Below, one piece after another: positions 25,591-34,656 of a stretch of 38,050 nucleotides of DNA. This stretch comes from an uncultured Methanosarcinales archaeon. Its GTDB lineage: Archaea; Nanobdellota; Nanobdellia; Woesearchaeales; GW2011-AR4. Each line of letters starts with the position of its first letter. Position 1 is the stretch's first letter. A program made the position numbers and the translations under genes. A model generated the notes under the pieces. The model did no database searches, was not told the origin of the DNA, and saw only the letters and a program-made list of their open reading frames with translations. Where the stretch lies: contig CAZGEW010000001.1 of assembly GCA_964524225.1 (NCBI GenBank), positions 1 to 38,050 on the forward strand, given 5' to 3'.

Positions 25591-28500
25591 ATGCTCAATA
25601 GTAAAAATATCAAAAAAATTGTATATACTCCACTTGTAGGAGACCTTTTTCATTACGGTCATTTACAGTTGCTTAAATTTGCAAACTCTCTGGCCGACTA
25701 CCACATATGTAGTGTTCTAACCGACAAAGCTGTCGAATCTTATAGAAAAAAAGCTGTCTGTTCTTTTGAAGAAAGAAGAGCTATAATATCGGAGCTTAAG
25801 TTTGTTGACAGGATAATTGAGCAAGACGAGCTTGATCCAACTGAAAATCTTAAGGAGATTAATAAGGAGTTTAGAGGTTGCAAAATCTTTATTGTTTTTG
25901 GAAGTAATTGGGAGAAGGTGCCTGGTGAAGATTATATTACATCAGCAGGTATTGAGGTTATTAAACACCCATATTATGATAGATTATCGGAATTTAATAT
26001 AGTAAATAGACTTATGCAAGGTCGTAAAGAGTTAATTACAAGCTTTGAAGACTTTAGTAACTATTTTTCAATAAATAACTTTGTGGAGTTTGAAAGTAAC
26101 ATATTTAAAAAACATATAGTATCAACCAAAGCTAATACCTTAAGGACACTTCAGCCATTAGTGAAAAAATCTAGAATTGAAAAATCCTTTGTTTTTACTA
26201 TTTCTGATTGGCACAATAAAGAAGATGAGATTTATAAGCATATTAAAGAAGAATTTGATTCTGAAAGGATAGTTATCAGAAGCTCAGCAATAAATGAAGA
26301 TACCTTTCATTCTTCAATGGCAGGGTGCTTTTATAGTGAGCTCAATGTACCAGCCAATGATAGAAAACGAATAGGAAATTGTGTGAATAGAATAATAAAA
26401 TCTTATAAGGAAAAAGAAATGAACGAACTAGCTAATCAAATCTTGGTACAGAAACAAACAACTGGAATCAAGTTAAGTGGTGTTTTATTAACAAGAACTT
26501 TAGAGAATTACTCTCCTTACTATGTTATAAACTATGACGATAAAACTCAAGCTACAGATAGTGTAACAAAAGGCATCGAAGGTAAAGTTATATACATCAA
26601 TAGGTTCTCTAATCCAGAGTATTATCCAAGTGAAATGAAATCATTAATGGAAGCGGTTAAGGAAATAGAGATAATAATACCTAATATTGCTCTTGATATA
26701 GAATTTGCGATTGACAAAAATGACAATGTCATAATATTTCAAGTTAGACCTATTGCCACAAATAATTATGCTAGTTATATAGAAGATAATGTCTTCCACA
26801 ACAAATTAAATGAAATTAAAGCATTTTTCAGAAGGTTATCGCAAATAAAAAAACATCTGGGTGGCAGCACCACTTACTTTGGTGATATGCCTGACTGGAA
26901 CCCTGCAGAAATTATTGGAGACAACCCAAATTATCTTGACTATTCCCTTTATGACTACATAATAACCGATTCTGTATGGCATCAAGCTAGAACATCGCAA
27001 TATTACTATAATGTAAATCCAGCAAAATTGGTTATCAGATTTGGAAATAAACCATATATCGACTGCAGAAATACATTCAATTCTTTCATACCTAAAAACA
27101 TAAGCATAAAGCTTCGACATAAGTTAGTAAACTTTTATCTTGAGAAGTTAAAGAGAAATCCTCATTTACAAGATAAGGTTGAGTTTGATATAGTTTTCAC
27201 ATGTTATGATTTTTATATAGAAGAAAGACTTAAAGAACTCTTGAGTTATGGATTTAAAAAAAGTGATATACGTAAGCTGAAGAATGAGTTGTTAGAATTA
27301 ACCAATAAACTTATCAAAGAGTCTAAAGAGTCTATCAAAAAAGATATAGATGGCATTAAAAGATTAAAAGACATAAGGATTGAAGTAAAAAAAATTATAA
27401 CATCAACAAAACCTTCGCCAAAAGAGTATGTAAGAAATGCAAAAAAGTTATTAGATAGTTGCAAAGAGCATGGCACTTTACAATTTTCTCGCTTAGCAAG
27501 ATTGGCTTTTATCGGTAAAATTTTGCTAAAAAGCCTTGTCAAAAAGAAAGTTATAAGTGAAATTTTTTACCATTCATTTCTGGAATCAATAAGTACAGTT
27601 GCTACACAGCTAAACTATGACTTCAATAATTTTATAAGTGGGAAAATGTCCAAAAAGAGTTTCTTGGAAAAATACGGACATCTTAGGCCCGGTACTTATG
27701 ACATAAATAGCCAAAGATATGATTTAAACCCTAATATACTTCATGCAAACATTAGCACACATTCTCTCAAAAATAATAAGAAATACTTTAACGTAAATAA
27801 GAAAATCTATGATGATATAAAAAATGTGCTTAAAGAGCATAAAATGGATTTTAGCTCAGAGTATTTTCTTGATTTTGTGAAGGAAGCTATAGAAAAAAGA
27901 GAATTTTCAAAATTTGAATTTACAAAAAATTTAAGTGATGCAATTGAGCTGATAGCTCAGGCAGGAATTCTGCTGGGATTTACAAGAGAAGAGATGTCTC
28001 AGCTTAGTTTTGAGACTATATTTAAGGCTTTAAAATTAAATGAAGACGAAACAAAAAAATTATGGAAACAAAAGATTCAATCTAATTTACAAGAAAGAAA
28101 AATAAACAACAAATTGAAGTTGCCACCTATAATATTTTCTGAAAGGGACTTTGATATAGTAACGTATTATGATGCAAGGCCTAACTTCATAACTCAAAAA
28201 AAGGTAAAAGGGGCTGTGATAAATCTTGATAATGTTTCCAGTAGTAATGTCCCTCAACTTGATGGTAGGGTAGTTATTCTTGAAAAAGGGGATCCTGGGT
28301 ATGATTGGATATTTACAAAAAACCCTCTTGCGCTTATAACAAAATATGGTGGCGTAGCATCCCATATGTCTATTAGATGCGCTGAATTTGGTATACCAGC
28401 TGCAATTGGCTGTGGCAATATTATTTTTGATATGGCAAAAAATGCCAAAATGCTTTATATGGACTGCGCATTAGGCAAAATCATGCCACTGGATAACTAA
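25591..28500 (+). CDS. Fusion protein: N-terminal cytidylyltransferase + PPDK/PEP-synthase-like ATP-grasp + C-terminal phosphohistidine swivel domain; candidate Cj1416+Cj1418-like phosphoramidate pathway enzyme
   Basis: HxGH motif GDLFHYGH (aa 17-24) with a TagD-like N-terminal ~140 aa. IVIRSSAINEDTFHSSMAGCFYSELNV is a PPDK_N signature. KYGGVASHMSIRCAEFGIPAAIGCG is a PEP-utilizer mobile-domain signature (His925, nt 28363-28365). Confidence 0.8.
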   Translation: MLNSKNIKKIVYTPLVGDLFHYGHLQLLKFANSLADYHICSVLTDKAVESYRKKAVCSFEERRAIISELKFVDRIIEQDELDPTENLKEINKEFRGCKIFIVFGSNWEKVPGEDYITSAGIEVIKHPYYDRLSEFNIVNRLMQGRKELITSFEDFSNYFSINNFVEFESNIFKKHIVSTKANTLRTLQPLVKKSRIEKSFVFTISDWHNKEDEIYKHIKEEFDSERIVIRSSAINEDTFHSSMAGCFYSELNVPANDRKRIGNCVNRIIKSYKEKEMNELANQILVQKQTTGIKLSGVLLTRTLENYSPYYVINYDDKTQATDSVTKGIEGKVIYINRFSNPEYYPSEMKSLMEAVKEIEIIIPNIALDIEFAIDKNDNVIIFQVRPIATNNYASYIEDNVFHNKLNEIKAFFRRLSQIKKHLGGSTTYFGDMPDWNPAEIIGDNPNYLDYSLYDYIITDSVWHQARTSQYYYNVNPAKLVIRFGNKPYIDCRNTFNSFIPKNISIKLRHKLVNFYLEKLKRNPHLQDKVEFDIVFTCYDFYIEERLKELLSYGFKKSDIRKLKNELLELTNKLIKESKESIKKDIDGIKRLKDIRIEVKKIITSTKPSPKEYVRNAKKLLDSCKEHGTLQFSRLARLAFIGKILLKSLVKKKVISEIFYHSFLESISTVATQLNYDFNNFISGKMSKKSFLEKYGHLRPGTYDINSQRYDLNPNILHANISTHSLKNNKKYFNVNKKIYDDIKNVLKEHKMDFSSEYFLDFVKEAIEKREFSKFEFTKNLSDAIELIAQAGILLGFTREEMSQLSFETIFKALKLNEDETKKLWKQKIQSNLQERKINNKLKLPPIIFSERDFDIVTYYDARPNFITQKKVKGAVINLDNVSSSNVPQLDGRVVILEKGDPGYDWIFTKNPLALITKYGGVASHMSIRCAEFGIPAAIGCGNIIFDMAKNAKMLYMDCALGKIMPLDN

Positions 28501-28501
28501 A

Positions 28502-29188
28502 ATGTTTGTTGCAATATCACAAAGAAACATGAAAATTGAAAATGGCAATAGAGATGCACTTGAAAATACATATGTAAGATATTTTGAAAAATTTGGAGTT
28601 ACGCTTTTGCCTATACCAAATGTATCAGAAAATTTAGATAATTATTTTGACAAGATTCCAATAAAAGCAATTATCTTGTCTAGTGGTAATGATGTAAACC
28701 CGCAATTATACAATGCACGATTAAAAAATGAAGATTTCTCAATAGAGAGGGATAAAACAGAAAAAAGGCTTATTGAGCTTTCTATTAAAAGAAAGCTGCC
28801 TTTACTTGGTATCTGTAGAGGTATGCAATTTATAAACGTATATTTTGGAGGGAGCCTTATTCAAAATGTAAAAGATAAGACTGGCATAAGCCATGTTGCT
28901 ATAACTCATTCAATAAGAATAACAGACAATAGAACAACTGAATTTATGAATATAAAATCTGCCATAGTTAATTCTTACCACAACCAAGGCATTGATGAAA
29001 ATTCTTTATCACCTAAATTAAAATATTTTACAATAACAAATGATGGAATTATCGAAGGCCTTTATCATCCAAAATATCCAATTGCAGGAATACTTTGGCA
29101 TCCTGAAAGAGCAAATTCTGATAAAAAATTTGATAAAAAAATAGTTAAGGCATTTTTGAACAAGAAATTATTTTGGGGTGAAAAATAG
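28502..29188 (+). CDS. Peptidase C26 / class I glutamine-amidotransferase-like hydrolase (Cj1417-like candidate)
   Basis: PLLGICRGMQFINVYFGG (Cys105 nucleophile) and GILWHPE (His/Glu) are gamma-glutamyl hydrolase (PuuD/C26) signatures. The ATG lies 1 nt after the upstream stop. Confidence 0.8.
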   Translation: MFVAISQRNMKIENGNRDALENTYVRYFEKFGVTLLPIPNVSENLDNYFDKIPIKAIILSSGNDVNPQLYNARLKNEDFSIERDKTEKRLIELSIKRKLPLLGICRGMQFINVYFGGSLIQNVKDKTGISHVAITHSIRITDNRTTEFMNIKSAIVNSYHNQGIDENSLSPKLKYFTITNDGIIEGLYHPKYPIAGILWHPERANSDKKFDKKIVKAFLNKKLFWGEK

Positions 29189-29206
29189 TCAAAGATAGTT
29201 ATTAGA

Positions 29207-29220
29207 ATATATATTTAAAT
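29207..29220 (+). promoter_or_regulatory. Putative TATA box (ATATATATTTAAAT) ~28 nt upstream of the ATG at 29242
   Basis: Motif and spacing only. Confidence 0.4.
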
Positions 29221-29241
29221 GTTAAATGAGTTCTGAAACAT

Positions 29242-30348
29242 ATGATAGCTATAATTGGTGCAGGGCCTGCTGGGAGCTACTTAGCTTACTTACTTGCAAA
29301 GCAAGGACAAGATGTTGCTATATTTGAAGAGCATGATGTTGTTGGATTGCCGATTCAATGTACTGGCATTGTAACTCACTCAATTGAAAAGTTCTTTAAG
29401 TTGAAAAATGAGATAATTGCGAATAGACTTGACAAGGTTATTGTTATTAGCAAAAATAATAGAGTAACAGTTAATGTTGATGAAATCGTGATGTGGCGTG
29501 ATAAATTTGATAGGTTTGTTGCTGAAATGGCGCAAGACGTCGGCGCAAAAATCTCGCTTAATCATAAATTTGTTGGATTAAGTGGAAAAAACTTAATTAA
29601 AGTAAAAGACAAAAAAATCGATAGGATAAAAGAAATAAAAGCAGATGTCATAGTTGGAGCAGATGGTCCATATTCAGCTGTTGCAAAGGCTGCAGGCTTA
29701 AGCGTAAGTTCTAAGAACTATGTTGGAATGCAAGCAAAGGTAAAGCTAAGCATTGACACAAAAGCTTTTGAAACTTATTTTGGCAGCGATTTTCCAAACT
29801 TCTTTGGGTGGTGCGTACCTGAATCAGAAGATACTGTAAGGCTAGGTATTGGTTGCTTTGAAAATACACAAGAATATTTTTACAGATTTTTAAAAAATAG
29901 AGCTGGTAAAAAAGAGATATTGTGCTGGGAAAGCGGTTTGATTCCATTGTATAACCCTAGAAAAATTATACACAAAGAAAATGTGTATCTGATAGGAGAT
30001 GCTGCTACGCAGCTAAAAGCAACGACAGGTGGCGGGATTATACCGTCACTTAAAGCTGCACATACATTATGTGATTGTATTGTAAACAAGAAAGACTATA
30101 ACAAGGAATTCAGAAGACACTCCGGAAGAGAACTTCTTTTACATCTCACAATAAGGAATTTATTAAATAAATTTTCTGATAAAGATTATGACAAACTACT
30201 TAGTTTAATGGAGCAAGAAAAGGTTAAAAAAATATTGAAAAAATATGATAGAGATACACCAATACCTCTTGTCGCTAATCTTCTGCTTAAAGAACCAAGA
30301 TTTTTGTACTTTACAAAAAAATTAATTTATCTTACAAAACCTTTTTAA
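29242..30348 (+). CDS. Geranylgeranyl reductase family flavoprotein
   Basis: N-terminal FAD dinucleotide fold IAIIGAGPAGSYLAYLLAKQGQDVAIFEE, then GADGPYSAVAK and YLIGDAA. These are typical of archaeal GGR / digeranylgeranylglycerophospholipid reductase homologs. Confidence 0.85.
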   Translation: MIAIIGAGPAGSYLAYLLAKQGQDVAIFEEHDVVGLPIQCTGIVTHSIEKFFKLKNEIIANRLDKVIVISKNNRVTVNVDEIVMWRDKFDRFVAEMAQDVGAKISLNHKFVGLSGKNLIKVKDKKIDRIKEIKADVIVGADGPYSAVAKAAGLSVSSKNYVGMQAKVKLSIDTKAFETYFGSDFPNFFGWCVPESEDTVRLGIGCFENTQEYFYRFLKNRAGKKEILCWESGLIPLYNPRKIIHKENVYLIGDAATQLKATTGGGIIPSLKAAHTLCDCIVNKKDYNKEFRRHSGRELLLHLTIRNLLNKFSDKDYDKLLSLMEQEKVKKILKKYDRDTPIPLVANLLLKEPRFLYFTKKLIYLTKPF

Positions 30349-30385
30349 AACAAGCTCTTTATCTTTTGGTGGGTGTGTACAATTT

Positions 30386-33300
30386 ATGGATTCAAAAGAA
30401 GATGATGATATACCTATAGACTTTAGTAAAATAAAGAATTTCTTTAAAAGGAATAAAGAAGAAAAAAAATTAGAAGAGGCAAAAGAGCCTATTAAAGAAG
30501 ATGAAATAATAATAGATTTTAGTAAGATAAAAAAGTTCTTCAAAAGCGATGAAATAGAAAAAGTTAAAACTGAGCACAAAGAGGAAAAAGTTAGCGATGA
30601 CGAGCTTTCTTTCGATTTCACTAAAATAAAAAAATTTTTTAAGTCTGACGAAAAGCAATATACAGCTGAAGATGAAGTACAAATAAATTGGTCCAAAATA
30701 ATTGATTTCTTTAAAAAATATGGCATAGTATTTATTGCTTTAATGCCAATAATACTCTCAATTTATGTTAGAATGCAGGCAGGCTTCTTACCAATAGTTG
30801 ATGATTGGGCAACAAATAGCGTAATAAATTCTATAAAATCCCAGATAAGCGCTTCTATAAATCAGCAGTATCCTAATTTGCCAGATGCAAACAAAAATGC
30901 ATTAGTTGATACAGAACTGCAAAAATTCATAAGTCAAAACAAGCAAAGGATTGACCAGCAGATAAGAGATACATCAAACTATTTTAAATCATTTTTTCTA
31001 GATGAAAATGGAAAAAACTATATGCCTGACATCGATCCATATTATTGGTATAGATATGCAAAAAATATAGTTGAGCATGGACATCCAGGCGACACATTAA
31101 AGGATAATAAACCTTATGACGATCATCAATTAGCGCCTGTAGGCAGATTTGTAACTCCAGATGTATTCCATGCCTATTCCTTAGCTTATTTTTATAAAGT
31201 AATGCATATTTTTGCTCCAAATTTAACCTTAATGCGCTCGATGTTCTATTATCCTATATTTGTTTCGGCATTAGCTGTTTTGCTTGTTTTTTTAATTGCA
31301 AGAAAAATCTCTGGAAATTTAGGCGGTTTCTTTGCAGGGCTAATAATGGCTGTCAATTCAGCCTTTTTGGGCAGAACTCTTTTCGGACATGCAGATAGCG
31401 ACGCATGGGTTGTATTCTTTCCTTTGCTCATAACATGGTTATTTGTTATTATTATAGAAACCAAAAGTAATCTCAAAATGATAATTCTAACTATAATCGC
31501 AGGTTTTTTAACTGGGCTATATACAGTTGCTTGGACTGGATGGTGGTACGTGTTTGACTTTTTGTTGGTAACTATTGCCATAGAGTTTATCTATTTGTCA
31601 CTTGTACATTTATATAGGGCAAAATTTAATATACGTTCGATTTTTTTTGATAGAGCAATAAGAAATGTTATCCTTATAGGGCTTATTTATTTTTTGTCAA
31701 CAACAATATGTGTAACATTAATATCAGGTTGGGATATGTTTAGGGGCAGTTTTCTTGGTCCACTAAATTTCCCATCGATTAAGGCTCCTGTAAGCCCTTC
31801 ATTATGGCCCAATGTCTTGACAACTGTAGCAGAGCTTAATGAAGGTTCTATTAATAGCATAATCAACTCTATTGGCGGCCAATTCCTTTTCTTAATTAGT
31901 CTTTTTGGATTGATTTTTGCTATCACAAGAAGTGAGGACTTTAAAAGATTTGATTTTGTTTATATAGCAAGTACTGCATTATTCTATATAATTTTGTTTA
32001 TAAGATTTGGAAGCAGAGCACCGCTGTATCAATCAATGCAGCTAACAAGCCTATTAATTTGGATTCTTCTGCCAATATTTGTTAGAATAGTTATAGCAAT
32101 ATACAAAAAAGATATAACATATGATTTTAAGCTTTCAATATTATTATCTTTATGGATAGCCTCAACTATATTTGCAAGCATCAAGGGCATTAGATTTACA
32201 CTATTGATGGCTCCGGCCTTTAGTGTTGCATTTGGTGTTGCGCTAGGGAAATCTTATGTTTATCTTTCTAGATGGTTTACAAAAGAGCTTAAGATTCACA
32301 AGGCTATAGGCTCAAGCATACTAATAATTTTATTTCTTTTAATTTATGTCAGTCCAATCAGAGGAGCAATAGCTTCTGCAGGCTCAGACATTCCAATAGT
32401 CAATGACGCGTGGTATAATGCGTTAATTAACATAAAAAATGACTCAAAAGAAGATGCAATCATAACATCTTGGTGGGATTTTGGTCATCATTTCAAGGCA
32501 ATTGCTGATAGAAGGGTAACATTTGATGGCACAACACAGACCCATCCTGCAGCACATTGGGTAGGAAGATTATTCATGACTGATAATGAGCAAGAAGCTA
32601 TAGGAATTTTAAGGATGCTGGATTGTGGGAGCAATAATGCCTACAAGGAGTTATATAGCATAAACAATGATACCCATTTAACATTAAGAATAATAAAAAA
32701 GATAATTTTATTGGATAAAAAAGATGCGCAAAGGACATTGAGAGATTTAGGATATGAGGATATTCAAATTGAAAAGATATTATTATTGACTCATTGTGAG
32801 CCACCAGAGGCTTATTTAATATCGTCAGAGGATATGATTGGCAAAAGTGGTGTATGGAGCCATTTTGGGAGCTGGAGTTTTGAGAGGGCTGATATATGGC
32901 AAAATGCTAGGAAAATGCCTAAGGAGAAAGCAGTTGAATATATGATAAATAAGTTTAATTATACACAAGAAAGAGCAGAAAACATTTATTTTGATATACA
33001 AACAATTACAAGTGACGGTGATGCAAATACTTGGATTGCTCCATGGCCAGGATATGGTGGCACAATGAGCTGCTATAAAAATAATGAGGGTTTTTATCAA
33101 TGCAGCAACGGTTTTCAAATAAATCTAAGCAATTATGACATTTTTGCTGTTGCTCAGCAAGGAATTGTAAGACCAAGAAAGGCTGCTTTCCCAACATTTG
33201 ATGGGCTTTTGTTTAAGGATTATGATGGAAACACAGCCGATATAGGGTTTACTATAGTGCCAAAGAATGAAAATGAGTTAATGGCAGTTATATCAAGCAA

Positions 33301-33478
33301 AGAACTTACAGGGAGCATATTCACAAGAACTTTCTACATGCAAGGCCATGGTCTTAAATACTTCAAGCTATTTGATCATCAGCGTGGATTAACAGGAACA
33401 GATATATATACTTATAAAGTTGATTGGCAGGGTAAAAATACAACAATAATAGATGTTTATAAGTTAAATACTTCATAA
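30386..33478 (+). CDS. aglB: Archaeal oligosaccharyltransferase AglB (STT3 family) with a repeat-bearing N-terminal extension
   Basis: About 13 TM helices followed by the catalytic-site motif WWDFGHH (WWDYG motif) and a large C-terminal soluble domain. 1030 aa. Confidence 0.9.
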   Translation: MDSKEDDDIPIDFSKIKNFFKRNKEEKKLEEAKEPIKEDEIIIDFSKIKKFFKSDEIEKVKTEHKEEKVSDDELSFDFTKIKKFFKSDEKQYTAEDEVQINWSKIIDFFKKYGIVFIALMPIILSIYVRMQAGFLPIVDDWATNSVINSIKSQISASINQQYPNLPDANKNALVDTELQKFISQNKQRIDQQIRDTSNYFKSFFLDENGKNYMPDIDPYYWYRYAKNIVEHGHPGDTLKDNKPYDDHQLAPVGRFVTPDVFHAYSLAYFYKVMHIFAPNLTLMRSMFYYPIFVSALAVLLVFLIARKISGNLGGFFAGLIMAVNSAFLGRTLFGHADSDAWVVFFPLLITWLFVIIIETKSNLKMIILTIIAGFLTGLYTVAWTGWWYVFDFLLVTIAIEFIYLSLVHLYRAKFNIRSIFFDRAIRNVILIGLIYFLSTTICVTLISGWDMFRGSFLGPLNFPSIKAPVSPSLWPNVLTTVAELNEGSINSIINSIGGQFLFLISLFGLIFAITRSEDFKRFDFVYIASTALFYIILFIRFGSRAPLYQSMQLTSLLIWILLPIFVRIVIAIYKKDITYDFKLSILLSLWIASTIFASIKGIRFTLLMAPAFSVAFGVALGKSYVYLSRWFTKELKIHKAIGSSILIILFLLIYVSPIRGAIASAGSDIPIVNDAWYNALINIKNDSKEDAIITSWWDFGHHFKAIADRRVTFDGTTQTHPAAHWVGRLFMTDNEQEAIGILRMLDCGSNNAYKELYSINNDTHLTLRIIKKIILLDKKDAQRTLRDLGYEDIQIEKILLLTHCEPPEAYLISSEDMIGKSGVWSHFGSWSFERADIWQNARKMPKEKAVEYMINKFNYTQERAENIYFDIQTITSDGDANTWIAPWPGYGGTMSCYKNNEGFYQCSNGFQINLSNYDIFAVAQQGIVRPRKAAFPTFDGLLFKDYDGNTADIGFTIVPKNENELMAVISSKELTGSIFTRTFYMQGHGLKYFKLFDHQRGLTGTDIYTYKVDWQGKNTTIIDVYKLNTS
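30416..30715 (+). repeat. Four copies of an 11-aa motif D-F-S/T-K-I-K-x-F-F-K in the AglB N-terminus, separated by acidic/lysine-rich spacers
   Basis: IDFSKIKNFFK (aa 11-21), IDFSKIKKFFK (43-53), FDFTKIKKFFK (76-86), INWSKIIDFFK (100-110). The last copy ends 2-3 aa before the first TM helix. Confidence 0.75.
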
Positions 33479-34210
33479 ATGGAAAAAAGCAATGTTTGGG
33501 CTGTGATTCCAGCATATAATGAAGAAAGTAATATAGCTAAGATTGTTAAAAAAACAAAAAAATATTTAGCAAATGTTATAGTTGTTGATGATGGAAGCAA
33601 AGATAAAACAAAGGAAGTGGCAGAAAAGGCAGGAGCATTTGTATTAAGTCATGTAGTGAACTTAGGCAAAGGCTCTTCATTAAAAACAGGGTGTGATTAT
33701 GCCTTTGAAAAGGGTGCAAAATTCGTCGTTGTGCTTGATGCTGATGCTCAGCATAACCCTGACGACATACCAAGATTTATTGAAAAATTAAAAAAGTATG
33801 ATATAGTATTTGGCTATAGAAAAGCTAGCAGCAAGATGCCTTTGGTGCTTAGATTTGGAAACTGGTTTATATCAAGTATAGTAAGGGTTCTTTACGGGGT
33901 AGAGCTCAATGATACACAATGTGGGTATCGCGCTTTTACAAGAGACGCTTATATAAAGATTAGGTGGAATGCATTAGACTATTCTATGGAGTCGGAAATG
34001 ATAGCGAGGGCTGGAAAGCAAAGATTAAAATATATCCAAATTCCAATACAAACAATTTACGCTGACAAATATAAAGGTACAACTGTTATTGACGGAGTAA
34101 AGATTGTTTTGAATATGATTTGGTGGAAATTATTTGGCAATGAAAAAATTTCAAGGCAAAACCTTGAAATTTTTTCCAGAAGTCACAGCATACAGAAAAT
34201 AAGAAAATAA
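33479..34210 (+). CDS. GT2 glycosyltransferase (dolichyl-phosphate hexose synthase-like)
   Basis: AVIPAYNEESNI...VIVVDDGSKDKT...VLDADAQH..D...QCGYRAF are classic GT-A / DPM1-like motifs. The ATG immediately follows the aglB stop. Confidence 0.85.
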   Translation: MEKSNVWAVIPAYNEESNIAKIVKKTKKYLANVIVVDDGSKDKTKEVAEKAGAFVLSHVVNLGKGSSLKTGCDYAFEKGAKFVVVLDADAQHNPDDIPRFIEKLKKYDIVFGYRKASSKMPLVLRFGNWFISSIVRVLYGVELNDTQCGYRAFTRDAYIKIRWNALDYSMESEMIARAGKQRLKYIQIPIQTIYADKYKGTTVIDGVKIVLNMIWWKLFGNEKISRQNLEIFSRSHSIQKIRK

Positions 34211-34237
34211 ATTTTTACAGCTAAATACGATAAAAGG

Positions 34238-34272
34238 AAAAACCTCACTTTGCAAAGCAAAGTGAGGTTTTT
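34238..34272. terminator. Perfect 16-bp hairpin flanked by A5/T5: AAAAACCTCACTTTGC-aaa-GCAAAGTGAGGTTTTT
   Basis: Read directly. Lies between the GT2 stop and the ATG at 34280. The track ORF start at 34250 lies inside the hairpin. Confidence 0.5.
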
Positions 34273-34279
34273 AATCAAA

Positions 34280-34609
34280 ATGGTGCTTGGAATTCAAATT
34301 GCGGGATTGTTGTTCGGAGTATTTATGATTTACTACTCTTTTCTTCACTATAAAAGAAAGGAATTTACAATCAAAGAATTTATTTTTTGGCTTATGCTTT
34401 GGACATTATTCGCTATTATTGCAATATTTCCATATGTGCTAGATCCAATAGTGAAGTCTTTGAACATAGCAAGAACTTTAGATTTGCTTATAATTGCAGG
34501 CTTCCTTTTTTTGATAATAATAATTTTTTATATCTATACGATTAGTAGAAAAAACCAACAACAATTAGAAGTAATAGTAAGGGAAATAACAATAAAGAAG
34601 AATAAATAA
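34280..34609 (+). CDS. Small multi-pass membrane protein (DUF2304-like, GT2-associated)
   Basis: 109 aa with 3-4 hydrophobic helices, directly downstream of a GT2 gene, as is common for the DUF2304 family (assignment from memory). Start moved to 34280 because 34250-34279 is hairpin sequence. Confidence 0.5.
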   Translation: MVLGIQIAGLLFGVFMIYYSFLHYKRKEFTIKEFIFWLMLWTLFAIIAIFPYVLDPIVKSLNIARTLDLLIIAGFLFLIIIIFYIYTISRKNQQQLEVIVREITIKKNK

Positions 34610-34656
34610 TGTCATTATTCTAAATATTTAAATAACCTATAACGTTACTTGACAAT

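Noticed and set aside
30322-30726. 134-aa minus-strand ORF with an internally repetitive sequence (KNFFILLKS...), which at first looked like a repeat protein.
   Set aside because: It is the antisense reading of the AglB N-terminal DFSKIKxFFK coding repeats, and the sense strand has the convincing protein.
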